64,000 bases of DNA, taken from assembly GCA_030431525.1 (NCBI GenBank), contig JAUIJC010000014.1:5330-69329 (forward strand). Reading direction: 5' to 3'. This document shows positions 18,785 to 26,984 of the stretch, one piece after another. The notes under the pieces are model-generated. The model did not search any database. It saw nothing but the letters and a program-made list of their open reading frames with translations, and was not told the DNA's origin. The position numbers and the translations under genes are program-made. This DNA comes from Bacteroidia bacterium. GTDB lineage: Bacteria > Bacteroidota > Bacteroidia > Cytophagales > JAAEPT01. Position 1 is the stretch's first letter; every line of letters begins with the position of its first letter.

Positions 18785-21562
18785 ATGAATACTTACAACG
18801 ATTACCTCAAGGAGATCGAGGAGCGTAAAGCTCAGGGACTTCACCCGAAGCCAATCGATGGTGCCGAGTTGCTAAGCGAAATCATTGCCCAGATTAAAGA
18901 AGCTGGTAATGCTAATCGCGAAGACTCCCTAAAATTCTTCATTTATAACACCTTGCCGGGCACCACTGCTGCCGCTGGCGTAAAGGCGAAATTCTTGAAG
19001 GAGATCATCCTTGGTGAATCTGTTGTTGAGGAAATCACTCCAGCCTTCGCTTTCGAGTTGTTGTCGCACATGAAGGGTGGACCTTCTATCGAAGTGTTGC
19101 TTGACTTGGCATTGGGCGCTGACGCTGGCATCGCCGCAGAAGCTGCGAAGGTATTGAAAACTCAGGTTTTCCTTTACGACGCCGACATGGAGCGTTTGGA
19201 GGAGGCTTTCAAAGCGGGTAACGCTGTTGCCAAAGAGCTTTTGGAAAGCTACGCCAAGGCTGAGTTCTTCACGGAGCTTCCAGAGGTAGAGGAAAAAATT
19301 GAAATCGTTACGTTCATCGCTGGTGAGGGTGACATTTCCACTGACTTGTTGTCTCCAGGTGCTGATGCACACTCTCGTTCTGACCGTGAGTTGCACGGCC
19401 AGTGTATTTTTGAGCACAACAAGGAAATGCAGAAGGAACTTTCTGCCCTTAAAGAGCAACACCCTGACAAGCGTGTCATGTTGATCGCTGAGAAAGGCAC
19501 CATGGGTGTAGGTTCTTCTCGTATGTCAGGTGTGAACAACGTAGCGTTGTGGACAGGTATCCAAGCCAGCCCATACGTTCCGTTCATCAACATCGCTCCA
19601 ATCATCGCAGGTACTAACGGTATCTCCCCAATCTTCTTGACTACTGTTGGTGTAACTGGCGGTATCGGTGTCGACCTCAAGAACTGGGTGAAGAAGAAGG
19701 ATGCTGAAGGCAACACTGTTCTTGACGAAGCTGGCGAGCCAGTTTTGGAGCAAACTTACTCTGTTGAGACGGGCACTGTCTTGACCATCAACACCAAAGA
19801 GAAAAAGCTTTACAACGGCGACAAGGAATTGATGGACATCTCAGCTTCATTGACCCCACAAAAAGTGGAGTTCATTAAGGCTGGAGGTTCTTATGCTGTT
19901 GTATTCGGTAAGAAACTACAAACCTTTGCTGCCAAGACATTGGGCGTTGAGGCTCCTGTAGTATTCGCTCCTTCTAAAGAGGTTTCTGTAGAAAACCAAG
20001 GTCTTACTGCTGTTGAGAAAATCTTCAACAAGAACGCAGTTGGTACCACTCCAGGAAAAACATTGCACGCCGGTTCTGACGTTCGTGTAGAGGTGAACAT
20101 CGTAGGATCTCAGGATACTACTGGTTTGATGACCTCTCAGGAATTGGAGGCCATGGCTGCTACAACGATTTCTCCAATCGTTGACGGTGCTTATCAGTCT
20201 GGTTGCCACACGGCATCTGTTTGGGATTCCAAAGCGCAAGCGAACATCCCTAAGTTGATGAAGTTCATGAACGACTTCGGTTTGATCACGGCTCGTGACC
20301 CGAAAGGCGTTTATCACTCCATGACTGACGTTATTCACAAAGTGTTGAATGACATCACCGTAAGTGACTGGGACATCATCATCGGTGGTGACTCCCACAC
20401 ACGTATGTCCAAAGGCGTTGCCTTCGGTGCTGACTCCGGTACTGTTGCACTTGCGTTGGCTACTGGTGAGGCGACCATGCCGATTCCTGACTCTGTGAAA
20501 GTTACTTTCAAGGGCGAGATGAAAGGCTACATGGACTTCCGTGACGTGGTTCACGCTACGCAACAACAAATGTTGAAGCAATTCAGTGGTGAGAACGTCT
20601 TCCAAGGTCGCGTAATCGAGGTACACATCGGTACATTGACTGCTGACCAAGCCTTCACCTTCACTGACTGGACTGCTGAGATGAAAGCCAAGGCTTCCAT
20701 CTGTATCTCCGAGGACGAGACCTTGATCGAATCCCTTGAGATCGCTAAGAGCCGTATCCAAATCATGATTGAGAAGGGTATGGACAACGAGAAGCAAGTT
20801 CTTCAAGGATTGATCGATAAAGCGGACAAGCGTATCGCCGAGATCAGATCTGGTGAGAAGCCTGCTTTGACCCCTGACGCAAACGCTAAGTACTACGCTG
20901 AGGTTGTTGTTGATTTGGACGAAATCGTCGAGCCAATGATCGCTGACCCAGACGTATATAACGACGACGTATCTAAGCGTTACACGCACGATACCATCCG
21001 TCCGCTTTCTTACTATGGTGGCGACCGCAAGGTTGACCTTGGTTTCGTAGGTTCTTGCATGGTTCACAAAGGTGACATGAAGATCCTCGCTCAGATGTTG
21101 AAAAACATCGAGTCACAACAAGGTAAGGTTGAGTTCAACGCTCCATTGGTTGTTGCTCCTCCAACCTACAACATCGTTGACGAGTTGAAGGCTGAAGGCG
21201 ACTGGGAAGTGTTGCAGAAATACTCTGGTTTCGAGTTCGACGACAACGCTCCTAAAGGTGCGGCTCGTACGAAGTACGAAAACATGCTTTACCTCGAGCG
21301 TCCAGGCTGTAACCTCTGTATGGGTAACCAAGAGAAAGCCGAGCCAGGTGACACTGTAATGGCGACTTCTACGCGTCTCTTCCAAGGCCGTGTCGTAAAA
21401 GACACTGCTGAGAAGAAAGGTGAGTCTTTGCTCTCTTCCACGCCAGTAGTAGTGCTTTCTACCATCTTGGGTAGAACGCCAAACATCGAAGAATACACAG
21501 CAGCTGTTGAAGGCATCGACTTGACCAAGTTCAAGCCTTCTGGCAAGTTATTGGTGAAGTAA
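18785..21562 (+). CDS. acnB: Bifunctional aconitate hydratase 2 / 2-methylisocitrate dehydratase
   Basis: HEAT-like N-terminus, DISTDLLSPG, GVGSSR, GSQDTTGLMT, QSGCHT, GGDSHTR, GSCM, PGCNLCMGNQ, STRLF. Confidence 0.97.
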   Translation: MNTYNDYLKEIEERKAQGLHPKPIDGAELLSEIIAQIKEAGNANREDSLKFFIYNTLPGTTAAAGVKAKFLKEIILGESVVEEITPAFAFELLSHMKGGPSIEVLLDLALGADAGIAAEAAKVLKTQVFLYDADMERLEEAFKAGNAVAKELLESYAKAEFFTELPEVEEKIEIVTFIAGEGDISTDLLSPGADAHSRSDRELHGQCIFEHNKEMQKELSALKEQHPDKRVMLIAEKGTMGVGSSRMSGVNNVALWTGIQASPYVPFINIAPIIAGTNGISPIFLTTVGVTGGIGVDLKNWVKKKDAEGNTVLDEAGEPVLEQTYSVETGTVLTINTKEKKLYNGDKELMDISASLTPQKVEFIKAGGSYAVVFGKKLQTFAAKTLGVEAPVVFAPSKEVSVENQGLTAVEKIFNKNAVGTTPGKTLHAGSDVRVEVNIVGSQDTTGLMTSQELEAMAATTISPIVDGAYQSGCHTASVWDSKAQANIPKLMKFMNDFGLITARDPKGVYHSMTDVIHKVLNDITVSDWDIIIGGDSHTRMSKGVAFGADSGTVALALATGEATMPIPDSVKVTFKGEMKGYMDFRDVVHATQQQMLKQFSGENVFQGRVIEVHIGTLTADQAFTFTDWTAEMKAKASICISEDETLIESLEIAKSRIQIMIEKGMDNEKQVLQGLIDKADKRIAEIRSGEKPALTPDANAKYYAEVVVDLDEIVEPMIADPDVYNDDVSKRYTHDTIRPLSYYGGDRKVDLGFVGSCMVHKGDMKILAQMLKNIESQQGKVEFNAPLVVAPPTYNIVDELKAEGDWEVLQKYSGFEFDDNAPKGAARTKYENMLYLERPGCNLCMGNQEKAEPGDTVMATSTRLFQGRVVKDTAEKKGESLLSSTPVVVLSTILGRTPNIEEYTAAVEGIDLTKFKPSGKLLVK

Positions 21563-21587
21563 TCAGTTGATTACATAGGATAATGAA

Positions 21588-21619
21588 GAACCCCGAGTTG
21601 AGAGACTCGGGGTTTTTTT
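21588..21619 (+). terminator. acnB intrinsic terminator
   Basis: gaaccccgagt-tgagag-actcggggttttttt. Confidence 0.85.
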
Positions 21620-21847
21620 GGGGATTAGAAGAGTTAAAGAAGTTTTTTATTAAGCTTGCCTTTGGATACTTATTACTTCTGTCGAATTTTATCCTTAAGA
21701 GCTATGATTTGAGGTTCTATAACAAGGAGGTATAGGCTTTCTGAATGGGCTACTTTTATTGCTAAGGAATGAAGAGTAGGTGACTAATTCCATCTTATAC
21801 TATGTCAAAAGATGACATGTATTTATTTTTATTATGGTGTATTTTGT

Positions 21848-22381
21848 ATGGTAAAAAAAGAAATAATTTTCGTTGGAGGTATTCATGGGGTTGGTAAGGG
21901 GAGGTTTTGTGAAGAAATGTCTGAATTTCTCTCTTTTGAACACTTGTCGGCTAGTGAGATATTGAAATGGTCAGAAATAAGTAAACCAACGAATAAGAAA
22001 GTAGAGAGTATCCGCGATACTCAGGAGCGTTTAATTGATGGGATTACTAAGCTTCCTAGTATATCAATCCCATATGTGATTGATGGCCATTTTACCTTGT
22101 TTAACAGGAAGGGTAAAGTAAGTTTGGTGCCAAAGGATGTGTTTGTTAAAATGGGTCCTAAATCTCTAATTGTTTTAACCTATAGTCCCGAGGTGATTTG
22201 CGAGAGGCTGAGGTTAAGAGATGGTGAAAATTATAGTTTGAAGCTTTTAAGTGAAATGCAGGAAGTTGAGGTTAATTATGCTAGGGAAATTAGTGAAGAG
22301 CTTAAAATTCCATTGTTAGAGATGGATAGTCAAAACATTTTAATTCACAAAAAATCTATTATTCAATTATGCGAGTTCTGA
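21848..22381 (+). CDS. Nucleoside-monophosphate-kinase-like P-loop protein (AAA_17/AAA_18, adenylate kinase-like)
   Basis: N-terminal P-loop IIFVGGIHGVGKG, HLSASEIL, YVIDGHF, LID-like ICERLRLRD. Likely start at MVKKE (21848). Overlaps the next gene by 13 nt. Confidence 0.8.
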   Translation: MVKKEIIFVGGIHGVGKGRFCEEMSEFLSFEHLSASEILKWSEISKPTNKKVESIRDTQERLIDGITKLPSISIPYVIDGHFTLFNRKGKVSLVPKDVFVKMGPKSLIVLTYSPEVICERLRLRDGENYSLKLLSEMQEVEVNYAREISEELKIPLLEMDSQNILIHKKSIIQLCEF

Positions 22382-23871
22382 TTGATACTAATATAATTAT
22401 CCATAGGGAGGCTAGTCAAGTGATTAACCAGGATATAGGTTTGCTTTTTAACTGGTTAGATAAACTTGGGTGTGAAAAGTGCTATCATCCCCTTTCTCTC
22501 TCTGAAATCCAGCAGCATAGCAATCCTAAAGTTGTTGCAACTATGGAGGCTAAAATTAAAAATTATAATGTCTTAAAGACTTTAGCTCCAGAAAGCGAAG
22601 AAATAGCTGAAATTCGAAAAAGTGATAAGACGGTTAACGATACTATAGATACCACAATTGTTAATGAGGTTTTTAAAAATAGAGTGGATTATCTTATTAC
22701 TGAGGACCGTGGTATTCATAATAAGGCGAAGAAGTTAAATGTGTCACATAAAATTTTTAATATTGATGATTTTATAGATAAATGTAGGTCTGAGAATCCA
22801 GGTTTAACGAGTTATAAGGTCCTTGCTGTTGAGAAAGAATACTTTGGGAATATTTCAATTGATGATGATTTTTTTGATTCATTTAAAGAAGATTATGTAG
22901 AGTTTCCTTCGTGGTTTTTGAAGAAGTCAGATAATGTGTCTTATATCTGTCAAACCGATGGGAAAATTCGAGCTTTTCTTTATCTAAAGGTGGAGGGTGA
23001 ATCTGAGAAGTATGATGATATCGAGCCAAGGTTTAAGAGTAAGAAGAGATTGAAAATAGGGACGTTTAAGGTTACTTCTACAGGGTTTAGGTTGGGGGAA
23101 AGATTCTTGAAGATAATTATTGATAATGCTTTGGTGAATTCTGTAGATGAGATATATGTTACAGTTTTTGATAAAAGAGAAGATCAGCAAAGGCTTATTG
23201 ATCTCTTAAAAGACTGGGGATTTCAGTACCACGGAATAAAGTCTACAGATAATGGTGTTGAGCAAGTATTTATTAAACCTTTTTTTAATGTTAATGCTTT
23301 AGAATCACCACGTTTTTCGTATCCTTTTATTTCTAGGGGTACTAATAAGTGGGTAGTGCCAATATATCCTAGTTACCATACTGAGTTGTTTCCAGATTCA
23401 ATTCTGAATAATGAGTCTTCACAAGATTTCCAAGAAAATGAACCACACAGAAATGCTATAAGAAAAGTTTATATCTCTCGTTCGATTAATAGAAGTATGA
23501 AGTCTGGAGATCTTGTGCTTTTTTATAGGACTGGTGGCCATTACCATGGGGTTATTTCAACCATTGGAGTTGTAGAGAGTTGTGTAGATAATATCCCCAA
23601 TTTGGAGGCCTTTATCGATCTTTGTCGAAAAAGAAGTGTTTTCAGTGATGAAGAATTGGCAGAACATTGGAATTACAATCCTCTAAATCGTCCCTTTGTA
23701 GTGAATTTTCTTTATGTAGGAACCTTTCCTAAACCTAAAGTGAATTTGATGAAGTTGAGGGAGGATAGAATAATTCAAAATGCTCCTAGAGGTTTTGAAC
23801 TTCTTAGTGATTCTAAATTTGATCAAATAATTAAATTAGGAAGATTAGATGAAAGTTATTTTGTCGATTAA
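22369..23871 (+). CDS. PIN ribonuclease - GNAT acetyltransferase - PUA/ASCH(EVE)-like fusion protein
   Basis: PIN: VLIDTNII (D6), E46, D94, LITED (D113). GNAT: AFLYLK, LKIGTFKV..GFRLGERFL..IYVTVF..LLKDWGF. C-terminal VPIYPSYHTELF..IRKVYIS..GDLVLFYRT..APRGF. Confidence 0.8.
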   Translation: MRVLIDTNIIIHREASQVINQDIGLLFNWLDKLGCEKCYHPLSLSEIQQHSNPKVVATMEAKIKNYNVLKTLAPESEEIAEIRKSDKTVNDTIDTTIVNEVFKNRVDYLITEDRGIHNKAKKLNVSHKIFNIDDFIDKCRSENPGLTSYKVLAVEKEYFGNISIDDDFFDSFKEDYVEFPSWFLKKSDNVSYICQTDGKIRAFLYLKVEGESEKYDDIEPRFKSKKRLKIGTFKVTSTGFRLGERFLKIIIDNALVNSVDEIYVTVFDKREDQQRLIDLLKDWGFQYHGIKSTDNGVEQVFIKPFFNVNALESPRFSYPFISRGTNKWVVPIYPSYHTELFPDSILNNESSQDFQENEPHRNAIRKVYISRSINRSMKSGDLVLFYRTGGHYHGVISTIGVVESCVDNIPNLEAFIDLCRKRSVFSDEELAEHWNYNPLNRPFVVNFLYVGTFPKPKVNLMKLREDRIIQNAPRGFELLSDSKFDQIIKLGRLDESYFVD

Positions 23872-24220
23872 ACCCGAATTTGCTAAAAAGATTTTCCAAG
23901 GTTCAAAAAAATTTGAATTTCGAAGAACCCTTTTCAAAAATAAGGAGGTGGTGAAGATTGTAGTATATGCCTCTGCCCCAATTAGTAAAGTAATAGGTGA
24001 GTTTGAAATTGATTCTATTCTTTATGACGAAATAGATCCCCTTTGGGAAATAACTTCTAGACATTCTGGAATAACAGAGGAATATTATAATGATTACTTT
24101 GTTGGTAAAGACAAGGGGTATGCAATTAAAGTCAAAAACCCAATAAAATACGATGAATATCTTTGTATAAGGGAAACTTATGGTATACGTCCGCCACAGT
24201 CATTTGCTTATTTGAGGTGA
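23849..24220 (+). CDS. ASCH domain protein
   Basis: ILSIKPEFAKKIFQGSKKFEFRR (GxKxxExR signature), VVYASAP..VIGEF, SGIT..Y..YF, PPQSFAYL. Overlaps the previous gene by 23 nt. Confidence 0.9.
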   Translation: MKVILSIKPEFAKKIFQGSKKFEFRRTLFKNKEVVKIVVYASAPISKVIGEFEIDSILYDEIDPLWEITSRHSGITEEYYNDYFVGKDKGYAIKVKNPIKYDEYLCIRETYGIRPPQSFAYLR

Positions 24221-24244
24221 AGATAAAGGATATTCCACCCTCCA

Positions 24245-24309
24245 TAGCGCAAGTCTGAGCGAAAGCGGAGACTTGTACTTACTATTATCCGCTGAGGTCT
24301 CCTGACCTC
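24245..24309. repeat. REP-like palindromes at the right end of the AT-rich operon
   Basis: tagcgcaagtct-gagcgaaagcgg-agacttgtact and gaggtc-tcct-gacctc; the first resembles the gcgcaag/cttgcgc pair at 48872-48955. Confidence 0.5.
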
Positions 24310-24406
24310 TTACTCAAACACCCCCCCCCCAATCTTCCAGGCAAGGAGCCTGTGGATTGGGGGTTTGTTTGGTTAATAGAAGTTGGTTACTGTCAGAGGC
24401 TCCGGT

Positions 24407-26104
24407 CTATTCTTCTTCCCGAACCAACTTCACCAACACCTCCTTCCCGTCAAAGGCGATTCCATATCGGAAAATGTCGGTCTTGCCCTGGGCTTTCAGC
24501 TCGGAAACGTATTTCTTGTCTTCAATCTGCTGAAGGGCGTTTTTGGTGGCGATTTCCAAGTCCTCGCCCTTGTGCTTGGCGACTGTTTTCAGCTCCATGA
24601 CATAAGCCCTTTTGTCATTTTCGGACTTGGGGGAGATGAGCACGTCGGCCCTGCCGAAGCCTGACTCCCTGTTGGACCGGACATGGTGGCTTGTGGAGAG
24701 CTGGGCCAAAAGCCCGAGGATAAAGGAGTGGTACATCTTTTCGGGCTCCCTGTTGTCGAAATCAAAATAGCTGAAGGCCGTTTCGACATATTCCGACAGG
24801 AGGAGCTGAAAGTCTTCCAGGTTTCCTTCCAGCAAAAATTCCAATAAGTAATTGGTGCGTTCGGTGGAAAGTCCGGCCCCCAGCCATTCGGCCATAAAGT
24901 CCTCGTACAAGGTCTTGACCTCCTCATTGGGGATGCTGATGTTGAAGAACCGCTTCCGACCATCCTGATGGTCGAACTGCGCCTTCAGGTAGCCAGCAAA
25001 AACCAATAGACAATAAAGGGCTTCCTCATTGAATTCGTTGAGCGCATCAAAGGAAGTATACTCCTGTAAGGTGCGTCGGACGGGAACGCCGTTCATCATG
25101 TCGGCGAAGTCCCGTTTTACGCCCAAGGAGGCAAAACGCATCTGGTCCTTGATCAGGGTGTTCTGGGCAGTGTTCACCCAGTGGATTTTGAAGCCCTCCT
25201 CGTGGGTGGAAACGTAATTGAGCAAGGACCACGGGTTGTAGATGGTGGTCTGGCCAAAGGTGTAGCCGTTGTACCAATGGGCGACATCCGTGTAATGGCT
25301 CTCCAGTCCGTAATCTGCCAACAGTTTGTGAACCTCTTGGTCGGTCAAGCCGAACTTGTCCGAAAAGGCGTGGCTCAGCACCGTGGAAATAACGGGGTTG
25401 TTCAATCCCGAGAAGATGGACTCCTTGGCGACCCTGAGAATTCCCGTCACAACTCCCTTTTTCAAATGCTCGTTGTCCTTGAGTCCCGCCGACAGGAAGT
25501 TGCGGTAGAAGCCCATGAAGTCGTTGAAAAATCCTTCGGAATGTGCGGAATGGACAGGCGTGTCGTACTCGTCTAGCAGCAGGACGACCTTCTCGCCATG
25601 GTGCGCCTCAAGCATGCGACAGAGAAGCAGCAAGGATTTTTCGAGCTTGGTCTGTTCGGATGTATTTTGAAGCAGTGCTTGGAGTTCTTGTTTGTCGAAA
25701 GGCTCTACCTCCTCGCTCTCCAAAAGGTACTTGTGTCTGACACACTCTCCGTGGACGATATCCAAGATTTTCTTTACGGTCGTTGCCGCAGTCTTTTCCT
25801 TTACGTCCTTAAAGGTCAGGAACACCACCGGATGCCTCCCCTGATGCTTCCATACCTCGGATTGTTGGATGGTCAATCCCTTAAAAAGTGTGGCGTTCTT
25901 CTCGGCGTTCTGCCGCTCGAAAAAATAGCGGAGCATGGAGAGGTTCATCGTCTTGCCGAAGCGCCGTGGACGGGGCAGGAGAATGATTTCTCCAGATGAT
26001 TTTAATACCTCTTCCGCTAAGAGGGTTTTGTCGATATAGTAACGGTCGTCTTCCCGAAGTTTTTTGAAATCCGAGATGCCGATGGGTAATGGTTTGCGCT
26101 CCAT
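24407..26104 (-). CDS. AAA-ATPase-like protein with C-terminal PD-(D/E)XK nuclease domain
   Basis: LPIGISDF..YYIDKT, Walker A RPRRFGKT, Walker B LLLDEYD, TGILR..SIFSGLNN, WYNGY..YNPWS; C-terminal SNRESGFGRADV..VMELK..ALQQI..KKY. Confidence 0.92.
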   Translation of the reverse strand: MERKPLPIGISDFKKLREDDRYYIDKTLLAEEVLKSSGEIILLPRPRRFGKTMNLSMLRYFFERQNAEKNATLFKGLTIQQSEVWKHQGRHPVVFLTFKDVKEKTAATTVKKILDIVHGECVRHKYLLESEEVEPFDKQELQALLQNTSEQTKLEKSLLLLCRMLEAHHGEKVVLLLDEYDTPVHSAHSEGFFNDFMGFYRNFLSAGLKDNEHLKKGVVTGILRVAKESIFSGLNNPVISTVLSHAFSDKFGLTDQEVHKLLADYGLESHYTDVAHWYNGYTFGQTTIYNPWSLLNYVSTHEEGFKIHWVNTAQNTLIKDQMRFASLGVKRDFADMMNGVPVRRTLQEYTSFDALNEFNEEALYCLLVFAGYLKAQFDHQDGRKRFFNISIPNEEVKTLYEDFMAEWLGAGLSTERTNYLLEFLLEGNLEDFQLLLSEYVETAFSYFDFDNREPEKMYHSFILGLLAQLSTSHHVRSNRESGFGRADVLISPKSENDKRAYVMELKTVAKHKGEDLEIATKNALQQIEDKKYVSELKAQGKTDIFRYGIAFDGKEVLVKLVREEE

Positions 26105-26407
26105 GGAGTAAAGATAGGGAAAAGGGCGGGGGAGGTTTCAAAACAAAGCTGAGGGGTTTCATCATTAGTCCTTATTTGAAGGATTAACAGCCCAGCAATT
26201 TTGGGTGAAATTGTATAGCGTTCGAAACTGAGAATCTCATTTCAAATGTGCCAAGGGTGGGGATGTCGCGGTCCGTGTTGGCTTTCAATCAATTTCAAGG
26301 TAAATTGTTTCCCCAAGGGATAGGGGACTACTTTTAGTGTATCCTCTATTGGGTTGGCGGTCAGCTGATATGCCTCATTAGGAATCATCATTCGAAAAAA
26401 TAAGATT

Positions 26408-26785
26408 ATGACTGATAAAGAAAAACTGTACGAAACACTAGGTGAGTTACTTTTTGTAATTGCGAAGGCAGATGGAATCATTCAAAATGAGGAGAGGGAA
26501 GCTTTAGATAAGCTTTTGCAAAAACATTCATGGGCTTCTGAGATTAAATGGTCCTTCAATTATGAGGAGTCGGCTGATTCATCTGCGGAAGCAACTTATA
26601 ACAAGGTGATTAATTTCTGTCATAGCTATGGCCCAACGCCTGAGTATAATGAATTCATAGATGCTATGAGTTTCATTGCTGAGTCATCACAAGGTATTGA
26701 TCAAAATGAGTCTCGAGTAATCAGCTCATTTTCTAAGGACCTTATTGAAAGGTTTCAAAAGGATCTAGATAGACTTAATAATTAA
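26408..26785 (+). CDS. TerB-like (tellurite resistance B fold) protein
   Basis: LLFVIAKADGIIQNEERE and the repeated IAESSQGIDQNE motif typical of TerB; AT-rich. Confidence 0.75.
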   Translation: MTDKEKLYETLGELLFVIAKADGIIQNEEREALDKLLQKHSWASEIKWSFNYEESADSSAEATYNKVINFCHSYGPTPEYNEFIDAMSFIAESSQGIDQNESRVISSFSKDLIERFQKDLDRLNN

Positions 26786-26832
26786 GGCGCTATCGAACAG
26801 CTTCGGTCGCTTTTCATAAAGTACCCAAGTGA

Positions 26833-26877
26833 ATAACCCCAAGAGCATCCCAAATGCTCTTGGGGTTATTTTTTTTG
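26833..26877 (+). terminator. Intrinsic terminator after the terB-like gene
   Basis: ataaccccaagagcat-cccaa-atgctcttggggttattttttttg. Confidence 0.8.
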
Positions 26878-26984
26878 TTCTTACAACACTCATTCAACCC
26901 CTCCACACCCCAAAAAATAATTAAGCCCCACAATTCTCGTTGATAGTTAATAACTTAAGTCTGGACGTAAACCATTCATATTTT

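Noticed and set aside
24321-24330. C10 homopolymer as a phase-variation switch
   Set aside because: It lies between two convergent stop codons, not in a coding or promoter position.
26242-26481. 79-aa minus-strand ORF between the AAA nuclease and terB-like genes
   Set aside because: Overlaps the terB-like start on the opposite strand and has no recognisable motif.
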